From the NCBI GenBank assembly GCA_963741945.1, contig CAVUKA010000001.1, positions 1,280,001 through 1,344,000 on the forward strand: a DNA stretch of 64,000 bases, given 5' to 3'. The DNA comes from an uncultured Gemmatimonadales bacterium (GTDB lineage Bacteria; Gemmatimonadota; Gemmatimonadetes; Longimicrobiales; RSA9). A program made the translations under genes and the position numbers. The notes beneath the pieces were generated by a model, which made no database searches, was not told the DNA's origin, and saw only the letters and a program-made list of their open reading frames with translations. The number at the start of each line of letters is the position of its first letter. Position 1 is the first letter of the stretch. Shown here in pieces: positions 10,654 through 20,075 of this stretch.

Positions 10654-11838
10654 TCAGCAGCCGCCCCGCTTCGGCTTCGCGCCGCCCCCTCCCTGCGGGA
10701 TCACGGGCGGCGGGGCGCTGACCTGCGGCGCGATCGTGCCGGCACCCGAGAAGAAGGCGGAAATCCCGTTCTGGACCCGCACGCGATCGAGCTCCGCGGC
10801 GTCCGGGCTCGCCGGCGTGGCCGCGGTGAGGACGTCGGCATCCCAGGCGTGCCAGCCGCCTCGCAGCACGTGATAGTGCGGGCGATCCGGCCAGAAGCCG
10901 GGCACTTCGCTCAGGGTGCCGTCGTCCGTGACCAGCACCACGTCGGTGCCCGGTCCCGCGCCGGCCAGCACCGGAAGCGCGCTGCTGTCCAGCGCCGCCG
11001 GATAGGAGCCGGGGATGCGCGCTTCTGCGTCGGCGCGCAGGTCCAGCACCAGGAAGTCCGGGTCGCCGGCGATGATGCGCCGGGCGAGGTCGAGGGCGGC
11101 GACGTCGCCCGTCGACGTGGCCCGCAACGCCGGCGTCGGCCGCGGCCCCGGGCGGAAGCCGAGCCCGACGAACAGGAGCAGCACCAGCGCGCCCGCCACG
11201 CCGAACTTGGCGAGCGGGAACGGCGGCGGCGTCAGCTCGATGGCGGCCTGCCGGCCCTGGAACGCGCGCTCCACCATCTCCGCACCCACGAACGCTGCGC
11301 CGGCCAGCAGCACCACGCCCAGGACGAACGGCAGCGTGGGAAGGCCGAAGAGCTGAGGGAGCACGGACACGCCCAGGCTGCCCGCGTGGTAGAGCGTGTT
11401 CAGCGCCGGGAACCAGTCCACGGCCACCGTGAAGAGGAACGTCCCGACGAAGATCCCGCCGATGGTGGCGACGCCATCCCACCGCCCGGAGGCGGCGGCG
11501 ACCACGGACGTGCCGGGGCAGAGCCCGCTCATGATGAAGCCCACGCCGAGCAGGAAGCCGCCCACGAGCTCCGCCCACAGGAAGGTGGGATTGACCCAGA
11601 GCCTGGCCATGTCCACCCAGCCGAGCCCCACCAGGGTGTAGAGCCCCACCATGGCCACCAGGATGGCGGTGAACATGACCTTGAACACCGTCATGTCGTG
11701 CAGGTAGAACTGGGCCGCGAGCTTGCGCGCGTTGCCGAAGCCACCACGCTCCAGCGCGAAGCCGAAGAAGAACCCGATGACGAGGCCGGTGAGCAGCCGC
11801 ACTTCGTCATTGGCGAAGACGAGGGGGAACGTGCTCAT
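10654..11838 (-). CDS. YeeE/YedE sulfur transporter fused to a rhodanese-like domain and Pro-rich tail ending GGC
   Basis: GFALERGGF, GLCPGT; VLDLR..RIPGS..VLRGGWHAW; C-terminus KPKRGGC. Confidence 0.85.
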   Translation of the reverse strand: MSTFPLVFANDEVRLLTGLVIGFFFGFALERGGFGNARKLAAQFYLHDMTVFKVMFTAILVAMVGLYTLVGLGWVDMARLWVNPTFLWAELVGGFLLGVGFIMSGLCPGTSVVAAASGRWDGVATIGGIFVGTFLFTVAVDWFPALNTLYHAGSLGVSVLPQLFGLPTLPFVLGVVLLAGAAFVGAEMVERAFQGRQAAIELTPPPFPLAKFGVAGALVLLLFVGLGFRPGPRPTPALRATSTGDVAALDLARRIIAGDPDFLVLDLRADAEARIPGSYPAALDSSALPVLAGAGPGTDVVLVTDDGTLSEVPGFWPDRPHYHVLRGGWHAWDADVLTAATPASPDAAELDRVRVQNGISAFFSGAGTIAPQVSAPPPVIPQGGGGAKPKRGGC

Positions 11839-12350
11839 ATCCACTGCCTCCTCACGAACCACGCGGTGGCGTAGCCGCCCGCGAACACCATGAGCATGAA
11901 GATCCAGCTCCCGGTGGCCAGGAGCGCACCGCCGGAGAGCGCCTGCCCGGACGTGCAGCCCCGGGCGAGCGCCGCAGCGAAGCCCATGATCACACCGCCC
12001 GCGACGGCGTAGCCGAGACGGCCGCGCGTGGAGATGCGGGGGCCCTTCTCCACCGTCGCCCGGAAGCGGCCGGCGGAGACCGCGGCGATGAAGCCGCCGA
12101 TGAGCACGCCGATCACTTCCACCACCAGCCAGTTGCGCAGCGGATTGCCCGCTTCCACGTAGCTGGACAGTGCCGGATTGGACGCGGTCCACTCGGGCGC
12201 CGCGCTCATGGCGCCGAGCGCGATGAGCCGCTTCGGCATCGCGCTGGCCCCGAGACCCCCGCCACTCACGAGGAAGGCCGCCAGGAGCGTGAGCCCCAGG
12301 AGCACACCGGCCGCGTACGGGTTCCAGTATCTCTTCGCTTCCATGTCCAC
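11835..12350 (-). CDS. YeeE/YedE family sulfur transporter
   Basis: YWNPYAAGVLLG, ARGCTSGQALSG. Confidence 0.88.
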   Translation of the reverse strand: MDMEAKRYWNPYAAGVLLGLTLLAAFLVSGGGLGASAMPKRLIALGAMSAAPEWTASNPALSSYVEAGNPLRNWLVVEVIGVLIGGFIAAVSAGRFRATVEKGPRISTRGRLGYAVAGGVIMGFAAALARGCTSGQALSGGALLATGSWIFMLMVFAGGYATAWFVRRQWI

Positions 12351-12360
12351 TCCTTTCCGC

Positions 12361-13353
12361 CTATCGAAGCGCGGCCATGATCCACGTGGAATGCTGCCCC
12401 GCCGCCACCAGCACCCAGCGCAGCGCGAGCCCTCCCACCAGCACCAGCACCGCCGCCATGCGCCCGGGGACCGCCCCGTGCCGAGCCTCCATCCATTCCG
12501 CCGCGAGCGGAGCCAGCAGTCCCAGCGCCACCACCATGCTCCAGAACGCGGTGGTATACGGCCCGCCGAGCAGCACCCCGGCCGCCTCCCTTGACGCCTC
12601 GCCGCCGGTCACGAGCCCCATGATCAGCAGCGCGATCAGCGCGAGCTCCACCGCGATCAGCCCCATGTCGGCGCGGCCGAGCAGCGTCCGCTCATCGTCG
12701 CGGAGACCGTAGAGCATCATGAACGCAGCGCCCGTGGACAGTCCGGAGACGAGGAAGAGCGGCCCGAGGATCGCCGAGCTCCAGAGCGGCCGCGCGCCCA
12801 GGGAGCCGAGCAGGATCCCGGTGTAGATGCCCAGCCCGATCCCGAGCGCCACGTTCCACAGGGCGATCCCGCGGGTGCGGGCATCCACCCAGATCATTGC
12901 GCGTCCGAACCCGCTCTCGAAGCGCTGTCCCAGCGCCGAGGCGCCGAAGCGCTTCGCCAGCCGCGACAGCGGGCAGGCCCGCATCTCGGCGGGAGTCATG
13001 CGCAGCGCCAGGAGGAGGCTCGCGGGGTAGATCGCCAGGAGGATCCAGGCGCCCCAGGACATGGGCGACGACGGCCGGAAGGTCAGGTAGAACCGGAAGG
13101 CGTTCCACCGGTTCTCGAGATCCAGCCACAGGAACAGCATGCCCACGGAGATCAGGATCGGCGCGGCCCACGGCAGAAGGGACAGCGCCCTCGAGCGCTC
13201 GCGCTCCGGCGAGCGCAGCATCCACAGCCCCGAGAGCACCATGATGCCCGCCACCAGTCCACCCAGGAACAGGTAGACGGGCACTTCGTAGTGCCACACG
13301 TGGAGCCCGGGGTCCACCAGCGCGTTGGCACGCGTGGTCGTGAGTTCGTTCAT
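12361..13353 (-). CDS. psrC: NrfD/PsrC membrane anchor subunit
   Basis: PVYLFLGGL, LWLDL, SPMSWGAW, YTGILL..RPLW. Confidence 0.85.
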   Translation of the reverse strand: MNELTTTRANALVDPGLHVWHYEVPVYLFLGGLVAGIMVLSGLWMLRSPERERSRALSLLPWAAPILISVGMLFLWLDLENRWNAFRFYLTFRPSSPMSWGAWILLAIYPASLLLALRMTPAEMRACPLSRLAKRFGASALGQRFESGFGRAMIWVDARTRGIALWNVALGIGLGIYTGILLGSLGARPLWSSAILGPLFLVSGLSTGAAFMMLYGLRDDERTLLGRADMGLIAVELALIALLIMGLVTGGEASREAAGVLLGGPYTTAFWSMVVALGLLAPLAAEWMEARHGAVPGRMAAVLVLVGGLALRWVLVAAGQHSTWIMAALR

Positions 13354-13360
13354 CTCGCCA

Positions 13361-13912
13361 CTACTCCAGGTAGAAGACCTTCGGCTTCGTGCCGGCCTCC
13401 GGCAACAGCGTCCGCCAGCTGCGCGTGGCCAGGAGCCGCGAGACCTCGCTGGTGGGATCGTCGAGGTCGCCGAAGTGGATGCTCCGGGTCGGGCACGTGT
13501 CCTGACACGCCGTCGTCCATTCACCGCCATCCGCGCTGCGGTGCGCGCAGAACGTGCACTTGTCCACCGCGTTCGTGCGCGGGTCGACGAAGCGCGCGCC
13601 GTACGAGCACGCCGCGATGCACGCCTTGCACCCCGTGCACTTGTCCGCATCGACCTGGACCGTGCCGCCCGGGCCGTAGTACGAGGCACCCGTGGGACAC
13701 GCAGCCACGCACGGCGCGTCCTCGCAGTGGTTGCAGCGCTCGCTGCGGATCTCCATCGAGAGCGATGGGAACTCCCCCGTCACCTCGGTGGTGATCCAGT
13801 CCCGCGTGAACCCTTCCGCCACGTCGTTCTCGGTCTTGCACGCCACCACGCACGCCGTGCATCCCACGCACGTGCGCGTGTCCACCGCCATGCCGTAGCG
13901 CTTCCCGCTCAT
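13361..13912 (-). CDS. psrB: PsrB/NrfC 4x[4Fe-4S] electron-transfer subunit
   Basis: CVGCTAC, CNHCEDAPC, CTGCKAC, KCTFC. Confidence 0.9.
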   Translation of the reverse strand: MSGKRYGMAVDTRTCVGCTACVVACKTENDVAEGFTRDWITTEVTGEFPSLSMEIRSERCNHCEDAPCVAACPTGASYYGPGGTVQVDADKCTGCKACIAACSYGARFVDPRTNAVDKCTFCAHRSADGGEWTTACQDTCPTRSIHFGDLDDPTSEVSRLLATRSWRTLLPEAGTKPKVFYLE

Positions 13913-16158
13913 TCCGCCACCTCCTCCGCACCCACCGCCGCCACATCCGAAGCCCGGACGAAGGTCACGAAGTTCACGTTCATCCCCGTCCCGCCCATGA
14001 GCGGGTCGGTCCTGTAGCGCGTCACCAGCTCCGCGTCATCGATCCCCCGGCCGTGGGCGAAGCCCAGCCCCTTCGCCTTGCGACCCCACCCATGGACCAT
14101 GTAGACGGCATCCGGGCGGATCCGCTCCGTGACCTTCACCGGTGCCGAGAACGTGGAGCGCACTCCGTCCTGGTTCTTCAGGTAGATCCGCTCCCCGTTC
14201 TTCAGCCCCCACCTGGCCGCCACCTTCGTGTTCACCCACACCGCGTTCTCCGGGAACGTCTCGCCCAGGAGACGGTTGTTGGTGGTGCGCCCGAACGTAT
14301 GCATAGGCGCCCGCCCGAAGAGGAGGCGGTAATAGCCCGACGGCGGCTCCTCCAGCTCGCCATCTTTCCACGTCGGGATCGGATCGAACCCCAGCGACGC
14401 CAGCTGCGGCGACCACAGCTCGATCTTCCCCGAGCCCGTGTAGAACACCGGTGCGGCGCCTTCCTCGAAGTAGATCGGCTTGCGCTCGCCCAGGACCACG
14501 CCGTCGCGCCGGGCCTGTGCCACGTCCACCCCCGCCGCGCGCAGCCGGGCGTCCACGTACGTGCGCGCGTCCTCCCATCCGAAGTGGTCCTCGAGGCCCA
14601 GGCGCCGCGCCAGCTCCTTCGCGATCCACCACCCCGGCCGTGTGTCGTACATCGGGCTGACGGCCGCCTGCCGCAGCGCAACGAACCCCTGCCGGTGCCA
14701 CGTGGAGTTCAGGTCGTCGTCACGCTCCAGGTACGTGGATTCCGGCAGGACGACGTCGGACCAGCCGACCATCTCCACCGGGAGCACGTCCACCGTGACC
14801 AGGAAATCCAGCGCCTGGATGGCCGCGTACGTCTCCTCTTGATTCGGAAGCGTGGTGGGCAGGTTCGAGCCGTACACCATCCAGCCCTTGATGCTCGCGT
14901 CCTCGCGGAACTTGCCCGGCACGCTCGCGTCGCACACCCCCTTGGCCAGCACCGAGTCCGACAGCGGGTACTCCCCGGCCATCTTCCGGTCCGCCGGCGG
15001 CCCCGCCTCCGGGTGGTGGGCCGCATCCAGGTCCGGCACCCCCATCGGCTGCGCCATGTAGAAGCCGCCCCGTCGCCCCCACGACCCCAGGAGCGCGTTC
15101 AGCATGGCGATGGCGCGCGAGCGCTGCGTGTCGTCCCCGTACCACGTCACGTGACGGCCCGGGTGGACGATGCTCGCCGGCCTCCCCGCCGCCATCGTCC
15201 TCGCCGACTGCCGGATCAGCTCCGGCTCGATTCCCGTCCGCGGGTACGCCCACTCCGGCGTGAGCGGCGCCACGTGCGCCTTCAGCTGCTCGAACCCCAC
15301 TGCGTACCGGTCGACGTAGTCACGGTCGTACAGCCCCTCGGCGATCAGCACGTTCATCCACGCCAGCAGCAGCGCCAGATCGGTGCCCGGCTTGATCGGC
15401 AGCCAGTGCTTCGCCTTCGATGCCGCCACGCTGTAGCGCGGGTCCACCACGATCACATCCGCACCGCTGCGGAGCGCCGTCGCGAACTCCTGCACCTGCG
15501 TGTTGTGCATGTTCTCGCCGAGATGGCTGCCGATCAGCGTCAGGCAGCGCGTGTTCTCGATGTCGGTGTTCTCCGGCGATCCCACGCCCTGCCCGTACGT
15601 CAGCGTGAAGCCCACTTCTCGCGGGCCGCGACACTGCGCGTAGCTCGGCGCCGTCACGTTCGGCGACCCGTACGACTTGAACAGGTGCTTGAACCAGCTC
15701 CCGCCGAAGCCATGGCTGAACAGCGCCAGCGCTTCCGCGCCGTGCGCCTGACGGATCTTCTCGAAGCCCTCCGCCACTTCGTCCAGCGCAGTCTCCCACG
15801 GGACCACCTCGAACCGGTCGCCTCCCCGTCTCCCCACCCGCACCATGGGCGCCTTCAGGCGGTCCGGATCGTACAGCAGGCCCGTGCCCCCCGCGCCCCG
15901 CGGACAGAGACGACCCTGACTGAGCGGGTGCTTCGGGTTCCCCTGGATCTTCGTCACCCGCCCGTCCTTCACATGCGCCAGGATCCCGCAGTTCCAGAAG
16001 CACAGCTCGCAGAAGCTCGGGACCACGTACTCGCCATCCGTGCCCGGATCCCGGAGCTCCGGCGCGTACGCACCGTACCAGTTCGTCGACAGCCCGCCCA
16101 GGATCCCTGCGCCCACCACGCCATAGCTGCCGATCCGGATGAACTCACGCCGCTTCAT
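13909..16158 (-). CDS. psrA: Tat-exported molybdopterin oxidoreductase, polysulfide/thiosulfate reductase (PsrA/PhsA) clade
   Basis: MKRREFI Tat motif, CELCFWNC..LCPRG cluster, SYAQCRGP Cys ligand region; substrate not provable from sequence. Confidence 0.8.
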   Translation of the reverse strand: MKRREFIRIGSYGVVGAGILGGLSTNWYGAYAPELRDPGTDGEYVVPSFCELCFWNCGILAHVKDGRVTKIQGNPKHPLSQGRLCPRGAGGTGLLYDPDRLKAPMVRVGRRGGDRFEVVPWETALDEVAEGFEKIRQAHGAEALALFSHGFGGSWFKHLFKSYGSPNVTAPSYAQCRGPREVGFTLTYGQGVGSPENTDIENTRCLTLIGSHLGENMHNTQVQEFATALRSGADVIVVDPRYSVAASKAKHWLPIKPGTDLALLLAWMNVLIAEGLYDRDYVDRYAVGFEQLKAHVAPLTPEWAYPRTGIEPELIRQSARTMAAGRPASIVHPGRHVTWYGDDTQRSRAIAMLNALLGSWGRRGGFYMAQPMGVPDLDAAHHPEAGPPADRKMAGEYPLSDSVLAKGVCDASVPGKFREDASIKGWMVYGSNLPTTLPNQEETYAAIQALDFLVTVDVLPVEMVGWSDVVLPESTYLERDDDLNSTWHRQGFVALRQAAVSPMYDTRPGWWIAKELARRLGLEDHFGWEDARTYVDARLRAAGVDVAQARRDGVVLGERKPIYFEEGAAPVFYTGSGKIELWSPQLASLGFDPIPTWKDGELEEPPSGYYRLLFGRAPMHTFGRTTNNRLLGETFPENAVWVNTKVAARWGLKNGERIYLKNQDGVRSTFSAPVKVTERIRPDAVYMVHGWGRKAKGLGFAHGRGIDDAELVTRYRTDPLMGGTGMNVNFVTFVRASDVAAVGAEEVAE

Positions 16159-16492
16159 TGGCTCCCTCCGTCGCGCCGCCCGCGTCCACGCCCACCGCCT
16201 CCGGATGCATCCACTCGCACACCGTGTCCAGCAGCTGCCGCGGCATCCCCGCCGCTTCCAGCAGCACTTCCGCACCCTGGCGACGACCCACCACCAGCCC
16301 CCGCTCCCGCAGCGCCCCCAGGTGACGCGCCACCGTGCTCTGCGGCCACCCCAGCTCCTCCACCAGATCCTTCTGCGTCGCCCCCGCCCGCTCCGTCAGC
16401 AGGCAGGTGAGCCGCAGACGGTCCGGGTGCGCCAGCGCCTTGAACACCCGCGCCGCCGCCTTGATCTCCGCCGCGCTCGGCTGTGCCCGCAT
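16145..16492 (-). CDS. ArsR/SmtB repressor, SqrR/BigR-like two-Cys type
   Basis: FKALAHPDRLRLTCLL, QSTVARHL..LRERGLV, second Cys in LDTVCEW; RBS AGGAG. Confidence 0.88.
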   Translation of the reverse strand: MRAQPSAAEIKAAARVFKALAHPDRLRLTCLLTERAGATQKDLVEELGWPQSTVARHLGALRERGLVVGRRQGAEVLLEAAGMPRQLLDTVCEWMHPEAVGVDAGGATEGANEAA

Positions 16493-16516
16493 GGCCGTGC
16501 TCTCCTGGTTTCCGAC

Positions 16517-16556
16517 ATCCATGAATCCGGGAACCCGGATATCCGCATACCCGGAT
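16517..16556. promoter_or_regulatory. Putative ArsR operator: tandem palindromes
   Basis: ATCCGGGAACCCGGAT (16525-16540) followed by ATCCGCATACCCGGAT (16541-16556), between promoter and arsR. Confidence 0.6.
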
Positions 16557-16558
16557 AG

Positions 16559-16573
16559 GCAAGCACGAAGCCA
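16559..16573 (-). promoter_or_regulatory. Sigma54 (-24/-12) promoter of the arsR-psr operon
   Basis: Minus strand TGGCTTCGTGCTTGC has exact GG-N10-GC spacing; adjacent sigma54 activator gene. Confidence 0.7.
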
Positions 16574-16658
16574 GTTCCCGTAACCCCACGTACGTCGTTG
16601 AGAACCATTGAGATACGGATATCGCACCCGCGCCGGTATTGTGGATACTTGACTTTTT

Positions 16659-16702
16659 GTTGCACCGATCTGAAACGAGACGGGAGGGGAGCGAAACGTT
16701 TC
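16659..16702. promoter_or_regulatory. Candidate enhancer (activator-binding) sites
   Basis: GTTGCA-N6-TGAAAC and GAAACGTTTC about 100-140 bp upstream of the sigma54 promoter. Confidence 0.45.
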
Positions 16703-16750
16703 CGAACGGGATGGGCTACGGCAACGCACAGAGAGGGGATGACACGAAGA

Positions 16751-18298
16751 CTAGAGCCGATACTCCTTCATTTTCCGCCAGAGGGTGGTGCGGCTGATCC
16801 CGAGCAATCGGGCGGTGTCCTGGCGGTTGAATCGGGTGCGGGCGAGGGCGTCGAGGATCTGGCGCGCCTCGGCTGCTTCGGCGGGGGAGAGGTGGGGTGG
16901 CACACGGTCATCGGTGGCCGGGGCGGCGGCGCCGGACGGGTCGTGGGGCCCGGGGGGGGCGGGGCGCCCGTCGCGGGGGCTGGAGCGCGGAGCCGGGACG
17001 TGGCCGGTGGTGGTCCACGGCGGCAGGTCGCCCGTGACGCCGTCGTCGATGCCGGCGGCGCGCACCTCGACGGGGAGGTGCTTGAGGTGGATGGTCTGGC
17101 CCTCGCAGACGGTGGTGGCGAATTCGAGGGCGTTTTCGAGCTCGCGCACATTCCCGGGCCAGGGGTAGCCCATGATGGCGTCCATGGCGGAGGGGGCGAG
17201 TCGGAGCGCGCGCCCGCGCGTGGTGCCGATGCGGTGGAGGAGGAAGCGGGCGATGGCTTCGATGTCGTCGCGTCGTGCGCGCAGCGGGGGGATCTCGATG
17301 GGGACCACGCGCAGCCGGTAATAGAGGTCCTCGCGGAACCGGTGCTCCTGCACGGCGAGGCCGAGGTTCTCGTTGGTAGCGGCGAGAATGCGGACATCGA
17401 CGTCCCGGGTGCGGGTGTCCCCCACGCGCTCGAACGCGTGCTCCTGCAGTGCGCGGAGGATCTTCGCCTGCAGCGGCAGGCTCATGGACCCGACCTCGTC
17501 CAGGAAGAGGGTGCCCCCGTCGGCCAGCTCGAACCGGCCCACGCGGTCCCGCACGGCCCCGGTGAATGCGCCGCGCACGTGCCCGAACAGCTCGCTCTCC
17601 AGCAGCTCCGAAGGCAGCGCCGCGCAGTTCACCGCCACGAACGGCGCGTCGCTGCGCTGCGACGTGTCGTGCAGCGCCCGCGCCACCAGCTCCTTGCCGG
17701 TCCCGCTCTCGCCCGTGATGAGGACGGTGGAGTCGTGGTCCCGGAGCAGCTCGATGAGACGGAAGATCCGCTGCATGACCGCGGAGCGGGCCACGATCCC
17801 GCCGTACGACGGCACCGGCGCCTCTTCCTCCTGCTCCGCCCGGATCATCAGAACCACGCCCGCGCCCTCGGCCTTTCCGCGACGCTCCTCGTCCTCGCCA
17901 CCCACTCCAGCCTCGCCTCCGGCTTCTCCGTGCGACGCCTCTCCCCCGGGGGGCGCCGGCGCCCCGAACCCGCTCGGCTCCCCGCTGCCCACCGACGCGA
18001 CCGTGAGCGACACCGCGATCCGATCACCGCTCGAACCGTGCAGGAACGCACGCAGCCCTTCCCTGCGATGCCCGGTCCGCAACACCTCCCGCACCACGCC
18101 GTCCGACCCGGTCACCTCCTCCCCCAGCACCTCCTCCAGCGGCGACCCCGCCAGCTCCGCCGCGCTCCGCCCCAGCATGCCGGGCAGCCGCGCCGAGAAC
18201 TCCACCACCTTCAGCTCCGCGTCCGCCACCATGTACACGCGCCCGAGCGCGTTGAGCAGCCGGTCCAGCGGGTATCGCGCGGCCACCGGGTCCGCCAT
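16751..18298 (-). CDS. PAS-domain sigma54-dependent Fis-family activator
   Basis: GESGTGKE, ELFGHVRGAFTGA, WPGNVREL, C-terminal HTH; RBS GGAGG. Confidence 0.93.
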   Translation of the reverse strand: MADPVAARYPLDRLLNALGRVYMVADAELKVVEFSARLPGMLGRSAAELAGSPLEEVLGEEVTGSDGVVREVLRTGHRREGLRAFLHGSSGDRIAVSLTVASVGSGEPSGFGAPAPPGGEASHGEAGGEAGVGGEDEERRGKAEGAGVVLMIRAEQEEEAPVPSYGGIVARSAVMQRIFRLIELLRDHDSTVLITGESGTGKELVARALHDTSQRSDAPFVAVNCAALPSELLESELFGHVRGAFTGAVRDRVGRFELADGGTLFLDEVGSMSLPLQAKILRALQEHAFERVGDTRTRDVDVRILAATNENLGLAVQEHRFREDLYYRLRVVPIEIPPLRARRDDIEAIARFLLHRIGTTRGRALRLAPSAMDAIMGYPWPGNVRELENALEFATTVCEGQTIHLKHLPVEVRAAGIDDGVTGDLPPWTTTGHVPAPRSSPRDGRPAPPGPHDPSGAAAPATDDRVPPHLSPAEAAEARQILDALARTRFNRQDTARLLGISRTTLWRKMKEYRL

Positions 18299-18361
18299 GC
18301 GAGCCTCCGAGGTTTCAACGTTTCGTTGGAACATTGCCGCGATGGGCGTGCGGCTCAAGGG

Positions 18362-19942
18362 TCAGGCGGGGGCGGGGTCGGCGCGGCCGCGGGCGGGGAT
18401 GGCGGCCATGGCGCGCTCGGCGAGCGCGGTGATGGTGAGGGAGGGATTGACGCCGGGGTTGGCGGAAACGGCGGAGCCATCGACGATGAAGAGGCCGGGG
18501 TAGTTCCAGACCTGGTGATCGGGGCGGATGACGCCGGACGCGGGGGCATCGCCCATGACGCAGCCGCCGAGGATGTGGGCGGTGGTCGGGGTGGCCATGA
18601 GGGTTTCCATGATGAAGCTGACGGGGTAGCCGCCGGTTTTCCGGGCGATCTCCTCTCCGATGCGGGTGGCTTCGGGGATGGAGGCGCGCGGGGCGGCGCC
18701 GGGCTCGGCGAGGGTGACGAGGGTGCGAGCGCGTCGTCGCAGCCTCAGGCTGAGGTGTGAGTCGTCGGTGCTCATGTAGAGCAGGATCATGGTATGGCGG
18801 GCCCAGTCGCGGACGAGGCCAGTGCGGATGGTGCCGAGCGGGTGCCGCAGGACGCGGTGCAGGGCGGCGGCGAGGCGGCGGGCGAGGGTTTCGCCGGGGG
18901 CGTGGGGTGCCTGGAGGAAGCGGAGTGCGCCGGAGCCGGGCGGGTAGCGAACGGGTTCGAGGCTGGCCCGTCCGCCGACGTCCAGGATGGAGGTGATGGC
19001 CACGCCGTCGGCCATCTCCTTCCGGGGCGCGACGACGCCCATGAGCACCTCGGAGTTGGTGCGCACGAAATCGCCGACGCGCGGGGACAGGTCGGGGAGG
19101 CCGTGGGGATCGTCGCTCATGCGGAGGAGGAGCGGGACGGTGCCGAGGACGCCGCCGGCGAGGAAGACGCAGTCGGCCGTGTAGCTGTGCTTCCGCCGGG
19201 GCCACGGCCGCGAGCCCTCGCGCGTCTCGACGCGATAGCCGTCCGCGAGGGGTCGGACGGCGGTGACTTCGGCGAGGGTGCGGATCTCGGCGCCGCGTCG
19301 CTCGGCGAGCCACAGGTAGTTGCGGTCGAGCGTGTTCTTGGCGCCGAAGCGGCAGCCGACCATGCATCCGCCGCAACGCGTGCACCCGGTCCGCTCCGGT
19401 CCGCTGCCGCCGAAGTAGGGGTCGGGCACGGTCACGCCGGGCTCGCCGAAGTAGACGCTGACGTGGGTCGGGCGGTGGTGCTCGCTGCGTCCCATGGCGG
19501 TGGCGAGCTCCGCCACGACGCGGTCGGGGTAGGTGTCGAACGGGACCTCGGCGGCGCCGAGCATGCGCCGGGCCGTCTGGTAGTGGGGCTCGAGCTCCGT
19601 CCGCCAGTCGTCGGCCAGGTGGCTCCAGGAGGGGGCGTTGAAGAACCCCTCGCGCGGCTCCTGCAGCACGCCGGCATAGACCAGCGACCCACCGCCCACG
19701 CCCACCCCCGTGAGGGCGGTCAGGTGGCGCAGGAAATTCATGCGGAAGGGGCCGCGCAGTCCGAGGTTGGGGGCCCAGAGCCAGCGCCGGAGGTTCCAGT
19801 TCCGGCGGGCGAAATCGGCGCTGTCGAACCGCCGCCCCTTCTCCAGGACGAGGACCCGGTAGCCCTTCTCCGCCAGGCGCAGCGCGGCGACGCTCCCGCC
19901 GAAGCCCGACCCGATGACGATGCAGTCCCAGCGCTCGGTCAT
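18362..19942 (-). CDS. GMC oxidoreductase, cholesterol oxidase-like
   Basis: IGSGFGGS, GVGGGSLVY, TAHILGG, GVNPSLTITALAER. Confidence 0.88.
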   Translation of the reverse strand: MTERWDCIVIGSGFGGSVAALRLAEKGYRVLVLEKGRRFDSADFARRNWNLRRWLWAPNLGLRGPFRMNFLRHLTALTGVGVGGGSLVYAGVLQEPREGFFNAPSWSHLADDWRTELEPHYQTARRMLGAAEVPFDTYPDRVVAELATAMGRSEHHRPTHVSVYFGEPGVTVPDPYFGGSGPERTGCTRCGGCMVGCRFGAKNTLDRNYLWLAERRGAEIRTLAEVTAVRPLADGYRVETREGSRPWPRRKHSYTADCVFLAGGVLGTVPLLLRMSDDPHGLPDLSPRVGDFVRTNSEVLMGVVAPRKEMADGVAITSILDVGGRASLEPVRYPPGSGALRFLQAPHAPGETLARRLAAALHRVLRHPLGTIRTGLVRDWARHTMILLYMSTDDSHLSLRLRRRARTLVTLAEPGAAPRASIPEATRIGEEIARKTGGYPVSFIMETLMATPTTAHILGGCVMGDAPASGVIRPDHQVWNYPGLFIVDGSAVSANPGVNPSLTITALAERAMAAIPARGRADPAPA

Positions 19943-20075
19943 GACAACAAGGTAGGCTCCGGCGCGCTCGGCCGCGACGGCGACGGGCGCGGGGCGCCGC
20001 CCTCCCGGCGGTCGCGGGCCGCGCTTACCTTGTCCAACGGTACGGGGCTCAGCGCTGTCCAACGGGAGAAGGAGG

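Noticed and set aside
10600-10660. Sec read-through at GGC-UGA of the YeeE-rhodanese gene
   Set aside because: Read-through would run antisense into mobB; the hairpin fits a terminator between convergent genes
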